Under the pieces are notes generated by a model. That model was not told where the DNA came from. It made no database searches and was given only the letters and a program-made list of their open reading frames with translations. Of a stretch of DNA of 64,000 bases, positions 1-9,556 are shown in pieces; within the stretch, counting starts at the first letter, position 1, and each line of letters begins with the position of its first letter. The translations under genes and the position numbers were made by a program. The stretch comes from Polyangiales bacterium (GTDB lineage: Bacteria > Myxococcota_A > Polyangia > Polyangiales > JADJQN01). The stretch is from contig CAXNJO010000011.1 of the NCBI GenBank assembly GCA_964202905.1, forward strand, positions 107,804 through 171,803, read 5' to 3'.

Positions 1-103
1 CGGCAGCGCCGAAGCGCTGGAGGTAGGCGTTCACCATCTCGGCGGCCGTGCGGTACGTCGTGCCGCTCTGGCGGTCCTCGTAGGTCGGCGGCTGTGCGCT
101 CAC
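1..103 (-). CDS. 5' end of a gene running off the left edge (hypothetical protein)
   Basis: GTG at 103 preceded by GAGGGAG RBS; reads MSAQPPTYEDRQSGTTYRTAAEMVNAYLQRFGAA, open to the window edge with genome-typical codons. Confidence 0.55.
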   Translation of the reverse strand, partial: MSAQPPTYEDRQSGTTYRTAAEMVNAYLQRFGAA

Positions 104-175
104 GTCGGCTCCCTCTTCGCCGCGCATCCTAGGCGGGGCCCGCGCGGCGCGTCAACGCACGTCGCCTGCGCGCGC

Positions 176-1929
176 TTGCCCGTCGCGTCCGCGCTCGCCG
201 CCGTGCTCGTCGGCGCACTCGCGGCGTGCGCGGGGGCACGCGCGCCGGGTCCGACGCCGGGCCCCGTCGCGCGGCGGTCCCGGTGGCCCCGGCCGAACTC
301 GACGAAGCGGGGGCGTACGCGCTCGCGCCTGACGCGCTGCGCGCCGCCTACCACGAGACGGCGGCGCGGGCGGCGCGGGCCGAGGCGACCGCGGCGGGCG
401 TCGTGGCGTCGCGGCAGGCAGCCCGGCTGGCACGGGTGCTCTCGCGGCGGGAAGACGCACCCGAGCGCCTCGCGGCGGCGCGCGGTCACCTGCGCGAAGC
501 GTCGCGCCGGCGGGGGCTCGCCGGATCGTGCGAGGCGGCGCTCGAGCTCGCGCGGCTCGAGGCGGTCGAGGCCGGTGACGCCGGCGCGGCCTGGCTCGTC
601 GCGCATCGCACGGTCGGGCGCTTCGGCGCCGACGCGGCACGCGCGCGGTGCGTGGCGGAGGCGCGTCGAACGCTCGTGTCGCTTGCGGCGTTCGAGCCGG
701 ATCCCGCGGTGCTCCGCGCCGCAGAAGCCGCGCCGGACGACGAGGACGCCCCCGCCGCCGACGCGCTGTCGGTCGTCCTGTCGGCGCCGGAGGACCCCAT
801 CGCGGCATGGATCGCCGAGCAGGCCGACGAGGCGGCCGCTGGACCGCCGCCGCGCCTCGAGCGCATCGAGGTGCTCGGCGCTGCGCCCGGCGGGCAGGCG
901 GGCCAGTCCCCGAGCGCGCGCGTGGCGCTCTACTTCGACCGCGTGGCGATCTTCACCCGCAGCACCCTGCCCGCGGACGGGACGCTCCCGGCGCGGATCG
1001 TCCTCGATTTTCGCGGGGCCATCCCGACGGACACCGTCGCCGCGGCGAGCCCGGTCGGAGCAGGCGGCGTGGCACGGGTCCGCACGGCGCGGACCGATCC
1101 GTCCACGCTGCGGGTCACCTTCGAGCTCGACGGCGAGCCGCGCCATCGGCTGTTCTTCCTCGCGGATCCGTTTCGCGTGGTGCTCGACTTCGACGCGCAG
1201 CCTCCGCCGTCGATCATCGCCGCGACCGCCGACCCGGCCTCCGCCGGCCCGCATCCGCTCGCCCTCCTGATGCTCGACCCCGGTCACGGCGGCGACGACC
1301 ACGGGGCCCGCAGCGAGCGCGGACTGCGCGAGTCGCACGTCGTCCTCGAACTCGCGCAGCGCGTGAAGGCCCTGCTCGCGCAGCGGCTCCCGGAGACGCG
1401 CGTGCTGCTCACCCGCGATCGCGACGTGTTCGTCTCTCTCGAGCAGCGCGCCGCGATGGCGAACGTCGTCGGCGCGGACGCGTTCGTCTCCATTCACCTC
1501 AACGCGAGCCCCACGCAGGCCGACCGCGGCGGCGTCGGGGCGTTCGTCCTCGACACCACGGCCGACCGCGCGTCCCTCAGCCTCGCGGCCCGCGAGAACG
1601 GCACGAGCGAGGGCGAGGTCACCGGCCTGCAGCGCATCCTCGCGTCGCTCTACCGTGCGGATCAGGCCCGCGGCTCGCGCGCGCTCGCCGAGCGCGTCCA
1701 CGACTCGACGCTCGCGTCCGGGCGGCGCGCGTACCCGGCCCTCCACGACCGCGGCACGCAGAGCGCGATGTTCTACGTGCTCGTCGGCGCCCGGATGCCG
1801 GCCGTGCTGCTCGAGGCGTCGTTCATCTTGCGTGCGCCGGAGGCGCCGCTCCTCGCCGACGACGCATACAAGGCGGCGCTCGCCGAGGGCATCGCCGCCG
1901 GGATCGTGCGCTACGCACGCGGCCGATGA
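176..1929 (+). CDS. N-acetylmuramoyl-L-alanine amidase (AmiC-like; AMIN + Amidase_3), probable lipoprotein, apparent frameshift near 268
   Basis: Frame 226..1929 has DPGHGG, LTRDRDVFVSLEQRAAMAN, FVSIHLN, MPAVLLE and an AMIN-like segment (DPFRVVLDF). The hydrophobic signal with lipobox LAAC lies in the frame starting at TTG 176. Confidence 0.9.
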
Positions 1930-1993
1930 GCCGGGCGCGTCGCGCCGCCGCGCATTGCAAGCCCGGCGCCCGACCGCATACTCGCCCTCCGAG

Positions 1994-4750
1994 ATGGCCG
2001 AAGCCGCCGCGCGGAACATCGACTTGGGCCAGCTTGCTCCCGGGCTCGCGGCCGTCTGCGACGAGTATCTCGTGCGATATCGGGGTCGCCTCGAAGAGGC
2101 AGCCCGCGCGGGGGAGGGCGGCGTCACCGTCGCGCGGCAGCTCGCGCGCTCCCTCGACGGGCTGCTCGGGGCGCTCTACTGCGCGGCCGACGCCGCCGCG
2201 CGCGCCGGGCGCCGTGGTCCGGCGGGCCGCGTCGCGCTCGCCGCCGTGGGGGGCTGGGGGCGTGGCGTCGTCGGGCTGCGCTCAGACCTCGACGTGCTCT
2301 TTCTGTGCGACGACCCGCGCGACCCGCACGTCGCCGCCCTCGCCGAGGGCGTGCTGTATCCACTCTGGGATCTCGGCGTCTCGATCGGTCATGCGGTCCG
2401 CGGCGTCGAGGAGACGGTCGAACTCGCGCGCACCGACCTGCGCACGGCGACGACGCTCCTCGACGCGCGCGCCGTCGCGGGCGCACGAGGGCTCGTCGAC
2501 GCCTTGCAGAAGGCGGGGCGACGCGCGCTCTTCGACCCGGCCATCGAGCCCTTTCTCGATGCGCTCGAGGGCGACACGCAGGCGCGCCACGAGCGCTTCG
2601 GCGGTTCGCTCTACCTGCTCGAACCCGAGGTGAAGCTCGGCCGCGGGGGGCTGCGCGATCTCGACGTCGCGCGCTGGGCGGCGCGCGCGCGCTGGGGGGC
2701 GGCGTCCCCGGATGAGCTCGTGCGTCTCGGCGCGATCCAGGCCCGCGAGCAGCGCGCGCTCGAGCTCGCCGAGGAGTTCCTCTGGCGCGTCCGCAACCTG
2801 CTTCACACCCGCGCGAGGCGCCGCCAGGACCGCCTCACGTTCGAGGACCAACTGGAGATCGCGCCGGCGCTCGGCTTCGTCGATGCCGTCACGCCGGGCG
2901 TCGAGCAGTTCATGCAGGCGTATTACCGGCACGCCCGTGTCGTCGCGCAGACGGCCGAGCGCATGCTCGCGCGCGCGCGCCCCGAGAAGCGCCGCGACGC
3001 GCGGGAGCCCGCCATCGACGCGGGCGGCGGAGTCTTGCTCTGGGGCGGGCACGTCACCCTCGCCGACAGCGAGCAACTCGCGGTCGATCCGTGCCTCGCG
3101 CTCCGCCTCTACACGGAGGTCGCCCGGCGTGAACTGCCCCCGTACCCCTTCGCGCGTGACGCCATCGCGCGCGTCGCGAGCGACGCCGACTGGCGCCGGA
3201 GGCTCCGCGAGTCCGAGCGCGCCCCCGAACTCTTCCTGCGCCTCCTCGCGCACGTCGGGGATGCCCCGGTTCGTCGCGGCTCCCTGCTCGGCGAACTGCA
3301 CGAGGTGGGGCTGCTCCTCGCGATGATCCCGGAGTTCGAGCCGGTCACGGGGCGCGTGCAGCAGGACCTCTACCATGTGTACACGGTCGATGTGCATTCG
3401 GTCGCGGCCGTCGACCGGCTGCGCGCGCTCACGCGCGGCGACCTCGCCCACGAGCTGCCGCTCGCGTGCCGCGCCGCCGCAGAGATGCCGCGTCCGGCGC
3501 CGCTCTTCCTCGCGGTCCTCCTCCACGACATCGGCAAGGGCCACGGCAAGGATCACAGCAAGCGGGGCGCGCAGCTCGCGCGCACGATCGCGCCGCGGCT
3601 CGGCCTGCCGCCGCTCGACGTCGACCACGTCGTGTGGCTCGTGCAGGAGCACCTCTCCCTCTACCACTGGGCGATGCGTCGCGACACGAGCGATCCCCAG
3701 ACGATCGCCGAGGTCGGGCGGCTCGTCGGCTCGCTCGATCGGCTGCGCGATCTCTACCTGCTCACGGTCGCCGACCTCTCCACGACCAACCCGCAGGCGA
3801 TGACCTCGTGGAAGGCGCGCATGCTCGACGACCTCTACGTCGCCGTCGCGCAGGCGCTCGCGGGGGGCGTGACGGCGACGTCGTACGAGCGCGCCGACGA
3901 GGTGCGCGCCGATCTCCGCGTGCGGTTGCTCGGCGCCGCCGGGCCGGACGCGCGGCGCGTGACCCCGGCGGAGCGCGCCGCGTACGAGCACTTCGTCGAC
4001 GAGATGCCCGCGCGCTACGTCCTCGCGAACCCCGCGGAGGCGGTCCTCGTCCACGCCCGCATCGCCGTCGAGCGTGGCGCGCGCGCGGTGCACGTCGCCG
4101 TGCGTCCTGGCGGACCCGACGCGCTCGCGGAGCTCGTCGTCGTCACCGACGATCGACCTGGGTTGCTCGCCGATCTCACCGCCGCGCTCACCGCGAACCG
4201 CCTCGCGGTGAGCAGCGCGCAGATCTACACGCGCTCGCGGCAGGGGCGCCCCGACGAGGCCGTCGATCTCTTCCACGTGCGTCGCGTCGCCCGCGGCGCC
4301 GACCCGATGGACCTCGGCTGGCTCCCGAAGCTCGCGCGCGACGTCGCGGCGATCTTGGCCGGCGAGGTGAGCGCCGAGGCGCTGCTCGCCGCGCGCCCTC
4401 GGCCCCCGGCGTGGGCGCGCCGCAAGGGGCCGGAGTTGCCCACGGAGGTGCGCGTCGACAACGGCGTCGACCAGCGCTTCACGGTGGTGGACGTCTTCAC
4501 CCGCGACCGCGTGGGCCTGCTCCACGCGATCGCGCGTGCGCTGCACGAGCAGGGGCTGACCATCGTGCTCTCGAAGGTCAACACCGAGGGCTTGCGCGTC
4601 GCGGACGTCTTCTACGTCGAGGAGAGGGGGGGCGGTAAAGTGAAAAATGCCAGCAAAATCGAGGTTTTGCCGCTGATCCTGCGCGAGACGATCGCGCGCC
4701 TCGACGCCGAAGCGGAGCGCACCGGGCGCAGCGGCGGGGAGTCGACGTGA
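1994..4750 (+). CDS. glnD: [protein-PII] uridylyltransferase/uridylyl-removing enzyme
   Basis: AVGGWGRG..SDLDVL nucleotidyltransferase motif, LEPEVKLGRGGLRD, HD domain (YHVYTVDVH, LLHDIGKG), two ACT domains (DDRPGLL, DRVGLL). Start placed at ATG 1994. Confidence 0.96.
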   Translation: MAEAAARNIDLGQLAPGLAAVCDEYLVRYRGRLEEAARAGEGGVTVARQLARSLDGLLGALYCAADAAARAGRRGPAGRVALAAVGGWGRGVVGLRSDLDVLFLCDDPRDPHVAALAEGVLYPLWDLGVSIGHAVRGVEETVELARTDLRTATTLLDARAVAGARGLVDALQKAGRRALFDPAIEPFLDALEGDTQARHERFGGSLYLLEPEVKLGRGGLRDLDVARWAARARWGAASPDELVRLGAIQAREQRALELAEEFLWRVRNLLHTRARRRQDRLTFEDQLEIAPALGFVDAVTPGVEQFMQAYYRHARVVAQTAERMLARARPEKRRDAREPAIDAGGGVLLWGGHVTLADSEQLAVDPCLALRLYTEVARRELPPYPFARDAIARVASDADWRRRLRESERAPELFLRLLAHVGDAPVRRGSLLGELHEVGLLLAMIPEFEPVTGRVQQDLYHVYTVDVHSVAAVDRLRALTRGDLAHELPLACRAAAEMPRPAPLFLAVLLHDIGKGHGKDHSKRGAQLARTIAPRLGLPPLDVDHVVWLVQEHLSLYHWAMRRDTSDPQTIAEVGRLVGSLDRLRDLYLLTVADLSTTNPQAMTSWKARMLDDLYVAVAQALAGGVTATSYERADEVRADLRVRLLGAAGPDARRVTPAERAAYEHFVDEMPARYVLANPAEAVLVHARIAVERGARAVHVAVRPGGPDALAELVVVTDDRPGLLADLTAALTANRLAVSSAQIYTRSRQGRPDEAVDLFHVRRVARGADPMDLGWLPKLARDVAAILAGEVSAEALLAARPRPPAWARRKGPELPTEVRVDNGVDQRFTVVDVFTRDRVGLLHAIARALHEQGLTIVLSKVNTEGLRVADVFYVEERGGGKVKNASKIEVLPLILRETIARLDAEAERTGRSGGEST

Positions 4751-5832
4751 GACGCGCCGTGCTGCGCGCCACGAGGTGGTCGCTCGCGTGCGCGGCCCTC
4801 GTCGGCTGTCCTGCGCCGGCCTCGCCCACGGGCGCGAACGCGGGCGAGGGCGGCGAAGCCGTCGAGTTCGAAGACGAGGCCGCCGCGCGCGGTGCCGAAG
4901 CCGCGCATCCGGCGAGTCCGGCCGTTCAGCGCGGTGAGGCGCTCCTCGCGCGCGGGGACGCCGCGGGGGCCGAGGCGCTCTTCCGCGAGGCGCTGACGGC
5001 CGCGCCCGGCGACGCGCGTGCGCTGCTCGACCTCGGCCTCGCGCGCGAGCTGCAGGAGGACCCGGCGGGCGCCGCGCGCGCCTACCGCAAGGCGATCGCG
5101 GCCGATCCGCGGTTCGCCGAGGCGCACAACAACCTCGGCGCGCTGCTCCGCGAGGAGGGCGATCTGCCCGGCGCGGTCACGTCCCTGCGTGAGGCCGTGC
5201 GGCTCCGCGCGGGCAGCGCGTCGGCGCACGCGAACCTCGCGCTCGCGCTCGAGGAATCCGACGCGCTCGCGGAGGCTGAGGGCGCTTACCGCGCGGCGGC
5301 GCGCCTCGCGCCTCGCGACCCGATGGCGCGCGTCAATCTCGGCCTGCTCCTGCTCCGCCTCGAGCGTGCGGACGACGCGGCTCGGACGCTGCGCGAGGCC
5401 CTTCCGCTCGCGGAGGGGAACCGCGCCGCGCTCGCGGGCATCGGCAGCGGCCTGCGTCGTGCGGGCGAGCCGGAGGCCGCGGCGCGTGCGCTGACGGCCG
5501 CGGTCGATGCCGACACGGCCCCACCCGCGTCGGGCCTGCTCTGCGAGCTCGCGCTCGCGCAGCGCGGGGCGGGAGACCGTCCCGGCGCCGAGGCCACGCT
5601 CGGCCGTGTGCTCGCGGCCGACGAGCGCTACGCGACGGCGCACTACCTCCTCGCCAACATGCTCGCCGGCCGCGGTGTGCTCGCCGAGGCCGTCCAGCGG
5701 TTCGAGCGCTATCTCGTCCTCGAGCCAAGCGGCCCGCACGCTGCTGAGGCCCGCGAGCGCCTCACGCGCGCGAGGGAGTCGCTGCGGACGCCGGCTGCCC
5801 GACCGGCGCGCGGATCGGCGTCCCCGCGCTAG
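4747..5832 (+). CDS. TPR-repeat lipoprotein
   Basis: Lipobox LVGC; multiple TPRs (AEAHNNLGALL, AHANLALAL, ARVNLGLLL); GTGA overlap with the glnD stop. Confidence 0.85.
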   Translation: MRRAVLRATRWSLACAALVGCPAPASPTGANAGEGGEAVEFEDEAAARGAEAAHPASPAVQRGEALLARGDAAGAEALFREALTAAPGDARALLDLGLARELQEDPAGAARAYRKAIAADPRFAEAHNNLGALLREEGDLPGAVTSLREAVRLRAGSASAHANLALALEESDALAEAEGAYRAAARLAPRDPMARVNLGLLLLRLERADDAARTLREALPLAEGNRAALAGIGSGLRRAGEPEAAARALTAAVDADTAPPASGLLCELALAQRGAGDRPGAEATLGRVLAADERYATAHYLLANMLAGRGVLAEAVQRFERYLVLEPSGPHAAEARERLTRARESLRTPAARPARGSASPR

Positions 5833-5881
5833 CGCCGCGTGGTCGGCGCTGGCCGTGGCCGTCCACAGCGCGCCGGAGCGC

Positions 5882-6868
5882 TCAGGTGGCGGGCGCTGCG
5901 GGCGGAGCGACGGCCTTGCGCCCGAGCCCGACGAGGAAGACCTCGTAGCTCTCCTGTCGCGAGGCTTCCGGCTTGAGGATGCGCACCGTGTCGAACAGCG
6001 CTCGGAGCGCGCGCCGCGCGTCCTCGAACTCGGGCCCCTGGAAGATCTTCCCGACGAAGGAACCCCCGGGTGTGAGGGTCACTTCGGCGATCGCCACCGC
6101 TGCCATGAAGAGCCGGTAACTGTTGTACTGATCGGCCGCACGTGAGCCGATCGTCGAGGGCGCCATGTCCGTGAGTACGACGTCGAAGCGACCCAGGGAG
6201 CTCGGCTCGACGGTGAAGATGTCCGCCTGACGCAGCTCGGCGTTGGGGGCGACGCCGCCGCGGGGCTCTTGGATGTCGATGCCGAGGACGCGGCCACGGG
6301 GCGCGACTTTCTTCGCGGCGTACATCGTCCACGAGCCGGGGAAGGAGCCGAGGTCCAAGACGCGCAACCCGGGGCGCAGCAAGCGGACGCGGCGGTCGAT
6401 CTCCTCGAGCTTGTAGACGGAGCGGGCCGGGTAGCCCTCCTTCTTCGCCCGCGCGCCGAAGTGATCGTTGGGGCGCGATGTCCGAGGGCCGCCCGCGGTC
6501 GACGATTTCCCACGAGACTCGGCAGTGCGGGGGGCAGGGCGAGCGGCCCGCGGCGTCTCCCTCGACCCATCCGCGCCGGAGGTCGCCGCCGTGGCGCGGG
6601 GATCGGGTGCAGACGACGACCTGGCAGGCCCGCTGGACCCGGCCTGCGCGGGTCGCGCGACGGGTTGGGCAAGGCTCGGTCTGGTGGCGGCGGGTCTGGT
6701 GGCGGCGGGTCTGGTGGCGGCGGGTCTGGTGGCGGCGGGTCTGGTGGGGGTCGGTCGGGCGACGGAACGGGAAGAGCCGGCTTGGCTCGCTGCGCGTTGC
6801 GCTGCGGCCGGCCGGCCCTTCGAGGTACCGCGCGCCCCCCGTGAATCGGTGCGGCGCCGGGTCGTCAT
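5882..6868 (-). CDS. rlmE: 23S rRNA (Um2552-2'-O)-methyltransferase RlmE/FtsJ with long disordered N-terminal extension
   Basis: AKKEGYPARSVYKLEEID, VLDLGSFPGSW, FDVVLTDMAP, FVGKIFQG, KPEASRQESYEVF. ATG at 6868, 5 nt after the rplC stop. Confidence 0.93.
   Translation of the reverse strand: MTTRRRTDSRGARGTSKGRPAAAQRAASQAGSSRSVARPTPTRPAATRPAATRPAATRPAATRPSLAQPVARPAQAGSSGPARSSSAPDPRATAATSGADGSRETPRAARPAPRTAESRGKSSTAGGPRTSRPNDHFGARAKKEGYPARSVYKLEEIDRRVRLLRPGLRVLDLGSFPGSWTMYAAKKVAPRGRVLGIDIQEPRGGVAPNAELRQADIFTVEPSSLGRFDVVLTDMAPSTIGSRAADQYNSYRLFMAAVAIAEVTLTPGGSFVGKIFQGPEFEDARRALRALFDTVRILKPEASRQESYEVFLVGLGRKAVAPPAAPAT
6678..6747. repeat. 15-bp tandem repeat (ggtctggtggcggcg) x4 plus a partial copy, in-frame PAATR repeats in rlmE
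   Basis: Four perfect copies at 6678-6737 and a partial fifth. Confidence 0.95.
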
Positions 6869-6873
6869 CGTGC

Positions 6874-7539
6874 TCAGGCCTGTGCGGCCTGCCGCTGCTT
6901 GATCGCGCCGCGCACGGTGACGACGCCGTTCTTCGCGCCGGGGACCGCGCCCTCGATGAGGACGATCTGTTCGGCGTCCATCACGCGGGCCACCTTGAGA
7001 TTCAGGATGGTGACGCGCTCGTCCCCGTACTGACCGGGCATCTTGAGGTTCGGCAGCGTGCGACCCGGGGTCATGTTCGTGCCGATGGAGCCGCCGTGGC
7101 GGCGATACTCGTGCGTGCCGTGCGTGGCGGGGAAGCCCGAGAAGTTCCAGCGGCGCATGACGCCGGTGAAACCGCGGCCGCGCGACTTGCCGCAGACGTC
7201 GACCTTCTGGCCGACCGTGAAGATTTCGGATGGCTTCAGGACTTGGCCGACCTCGAAGCGCGCCGCGAGCTCGGGGGAGACGCGGAACTCTTTGACGGTG
7301 CGGGTGGCCGCGACGCCGAGCTTCTTGAAGAAGCCCGCCTGTGGCTTGGCGACGAGCTTCTCGCGCTTCGCGCCGAAGCCGAGCACGAGGGCGGTGTAGC
7401 CGTCCTTGTCCTCCGTGCGCTTGCCGAGCACGATGCACGGACCGACCTGAATGGCCGTGACGCGCGTGACGCTGCCGTCCTCGTTGAAGATTTGGGTGTT
7501 GCCGAGCTTCTTGCCGACGAGGCCGAGATTGATGTTCAT
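6874..7539 (-). CDS. rplC: 50S ribosomal protein L3
   Basis: GLVGKKLGNTQIF, DGYTALVLGF, VDVCGKSRGRGFTGVMRRWNF, THGTHEYRRHGGSIG, KMPGQYG, IEGAVPG. Confidence 0.98.
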   Translation of the reverse strand: MNINLGLVGKKLGNTQIFNEDGSVTRVTAIQVGPCIVLGKRTEDKDGYTALVLGFGAKREKLVAKPQAGFFKKLGVAATRTVKEFRVSPELAARFEVGQVLKPSEIFTVGQKVDVCGKSRGRGFTGVMRRWNFSGFPATHGTHEYRRHGGSIGTNMTPGRTLPNLKMPGQYGDERVTILNLKVARVMDAEQIVLIEGAVPGAKNGVVTVRGAIKQRQAAQA

Positions 7540-7565
7540 GGCGCGCCTGTACGTAGGGAGGCGGA

Positions 7566-7593
7566 AGGGTACGGGGAAACCTCCGGGTGTCAA
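7566..7593 (-). promoter_or_regulatory. Candidate sigma70 promoter for rplC-rlmE
   Basis: Minus strand TTGACA (7593-7588), N16, TACCCT (7571-7566), ending 26 nt before the rplC ATG. Confidence 0.6.
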
Positions 7594-7672
7594 GGCCGGG
7601 AGGCCCCTCGCGCGCCATCGACCGCCTCCCAGGCGCGTCGATGTGGCAGCGGCTGCCGCGCCTGAATGCCGC

Positions 7673-8485
7673 TCAAACGCCGACCGGCGTTGGGATTCCG
7701 AAGAGACGGCAGGCGTTTCGGGTCGTCGCGGCGCGCACGGCGTCCGCGTCGATCCCGCGCAGCGCGGCGATCGCATCGGCGGTGTGCACGACGAACGACG
7801 GCTCGTTGCGCTTGCCGCGGTGCGGGACCGGCGCGAGGTAGGGCGCGTCCGTTTCCACCAGCAGCGCGTCGAGCGGCTGAACACGCGCGGCCTCGCGGAC
7901 GGCTTGGGCGGACTTGAACGTCACGATGCCGCTGAAACTCGCGACGAAGCCGAGATCGAGCGCTTCCCGCGCGAAGTCGGCGTCCTCGCTGAAGCAGTGG
8001 ATGATGCCGCCGACGTCGCGCGCTCCCTCCTCGCGCAGGATCGCGAGCGTCTCCGCCGGGGCTTCACGCGTGTGGATCGTCAGCGGCTTCTTCACGCGGC
8101 GCGCGACGGCGACGAAGCGGCGGAAGATCTCCCGCTGCACGTCGCGCGGGCTGTGGGCGTAGTGGAAGTCGAGGCCGACCTCGCCGACGGCGACCACGCT
8201 CGGGTCGAGCGCGAGGCGCTCGAGCGCCTCGAGGAGCGCGTCGGTCGCGACGCGCGCGTCGTGGGGGTGCAGCCCGACCGTGGCGACGATCGTGTCCGGG
8301 TGTGCGTGGGCCAGGGCGATCATCGACGCGGGGCCCGCGGTGTCCGCGGCGTCGGCGTCGACGAGCCCGATCGCGCAGAGCCGTGCGACACCCGCTGCGC
8401 GCGCGCGATCGAGGACGCCAGCGATGTCGCCCCCGTAGCGGTCGGCGTCGAGGTGGCAATGCGTGTCGAAGAGCGGCGCGTTCAT
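7673..8485 (-). CDS. tatD: TatD family nuclease/hydrolase
   Basis: FDTHCHL, VGLHPH, AVGEVGLDFHY, IHTRE, IHCFS, LLVETDAPYLAP, RGKRNEP. Confidence 0.95.
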   Translation of the reverse strand: MNAPLFDTHCHLDADRYGGDIAGVLDRARAAGVARLCAIGLVDADAADTAGPASMIALAHAHPDTIVATVGLHPHDARVATDALLEALERLALDPSVVAVGEVGLDFHYAHSPRDVQREIFRRFVAVARRVKKPLTIHTREAPAETLAILREEGARDVGGIIHCFSEDADFAREALDLGFVASFSGIVTFKSAQAVREAARVQPLDALLVETDAPYLAPVPHRGKRNEPSFVVHTADAIAALRGIDADAVRAATTRNACRLFGIPTPVGV

Positions 8486-9543
8486 GGGGTCTCCTCGTCC
8501 TCTTCGCCCCTGGCCGCCCGGCCGATGTCGTCGTCTCGCGACGCGAGGCGTGCGAGGGCGGCGCGGGCGACCTCGCTCTCGGGGGCGAGCGCGGCGAGCG
8601 CGCGCGCGACCACGACGGGATCGGCCCCGCGGGGTCGCGCGACCAGCGCCGCGAGCGCGGGGGCGAGCCCGACGACGCGGTGCCGCCCGACCAACTCTGC
8701 GGCGTAACTCCGGCCATCGGCGCGCCATGCCCCAAGCACGGCGCTGAGGGCCTCCTCGCCGCGCGGATCGCCGAGCGCGGCGAGCGCACCCGCCGCGGCG
8801 GCCTTCACGACGAGGGGCGCGAGGATCCGCCGCGCGACCGCGGCGAGCGGCTCGCGGGCGGTCTCCGCGCGGAGCGTCGCGAGCGCCTCGCATGCCGCGA
8901 GCACGCGATCCCGCTCGTCGAGCGCCTCGACGAGGGTGCCGACGCCGCGCGCGTCGCCGAGCCGCGCGAGGGCGAGGGCGGCCGCGAACCGCACGGCGCT
9001 CGCCGTGTCGCCGAGCGCGGCGGCGACCGGTCCGGCGGAGTCGGGCTCGCCGAGGGCGCCGAGCGCGTCGAGCGTGTGCTCTCGGACCTTCGCGTCGGGG
9101 TCGTCGAGCAGCGGCGCCAGGATGGCGGGCGCCTCGTCCGGGCTCGCTTCCGCGTAGGACTCCACGGCCTGGAAGCGCACCTCCGGCCGGGCGTCGCGGA
9201 GCGCCCTCGCGAGCGCGCGCACCGCCCGCTCGCCGCCGATCCGGCCGAGCGCGATGACGGCGAGCTCGCGCGCCTCGGGCAGCGGATCGTCGAGGTGCGC
9301 GAGCACGAGGTCGAGCGCGTCGTTGTCCGAGAGCTCGCCGAGCGCGGCGATCGCGATGCAGCGGACGGCGCCCTCGGGGTCGTCGGCGAGCGTGCGGAGC
9401 GCGGCGCAGGCCTCGTCGCGCGCACCGGGGGGCGGGCTCGCGAGCGCCTGCACCGCGAGCACCCGGGTCGCTGCGCGCGGAGAGCGCGCGTCCACGAGTG
9501 CGACGTCGAAGCGGGGGACTTGCGGCGGGAACAGCAGCGACAT
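8482..9543 (-). CDS. HEAT/PBS-lyase-like repeat protein
   Basis: Repeated LxDxxxxVRxxAxxALG units; stop overlaps the tatD ATG (ATGA). Confidence 0.85.
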   Translation of the reverse strand: MSLLFPPQVPRFDVALVDARSPRAATRVLAVQALASPPPGARDEACAALRTLADDPEGAVRCIAIAALGELSDNDALDLVLAHLDDPLPEARELAVIALGRIGGERAVRALARALRDARPEVRFQAVESYAEASPDEAPAILAPLLDDPDAKVREHTLDALGALGEPDSAGPVAAALGDTASAVRFAAALALARLGDARGVGTLVEALDERDRVLAACEALATLRAETAREPLAAVARRILAPLVVKAAAAGALAALGDPRGEEALSAVLGAWRADGRSYAAELVGRHRVVGLAPALAALVARPRGADPVVVARALAALAPESEVARAALARLASRDDDIGRAARGEEDEETP

Positions 9544-9556
9544 GCGCGTGCCGCCG

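Noticed and set aside
6269..6844. + strand ORF containing a (GGGGS)4 synthetic-looking linker
   Set aside because: It is the antisense reading of the PAATR repeat in rlmE; no vector or tag sequence flanks it.
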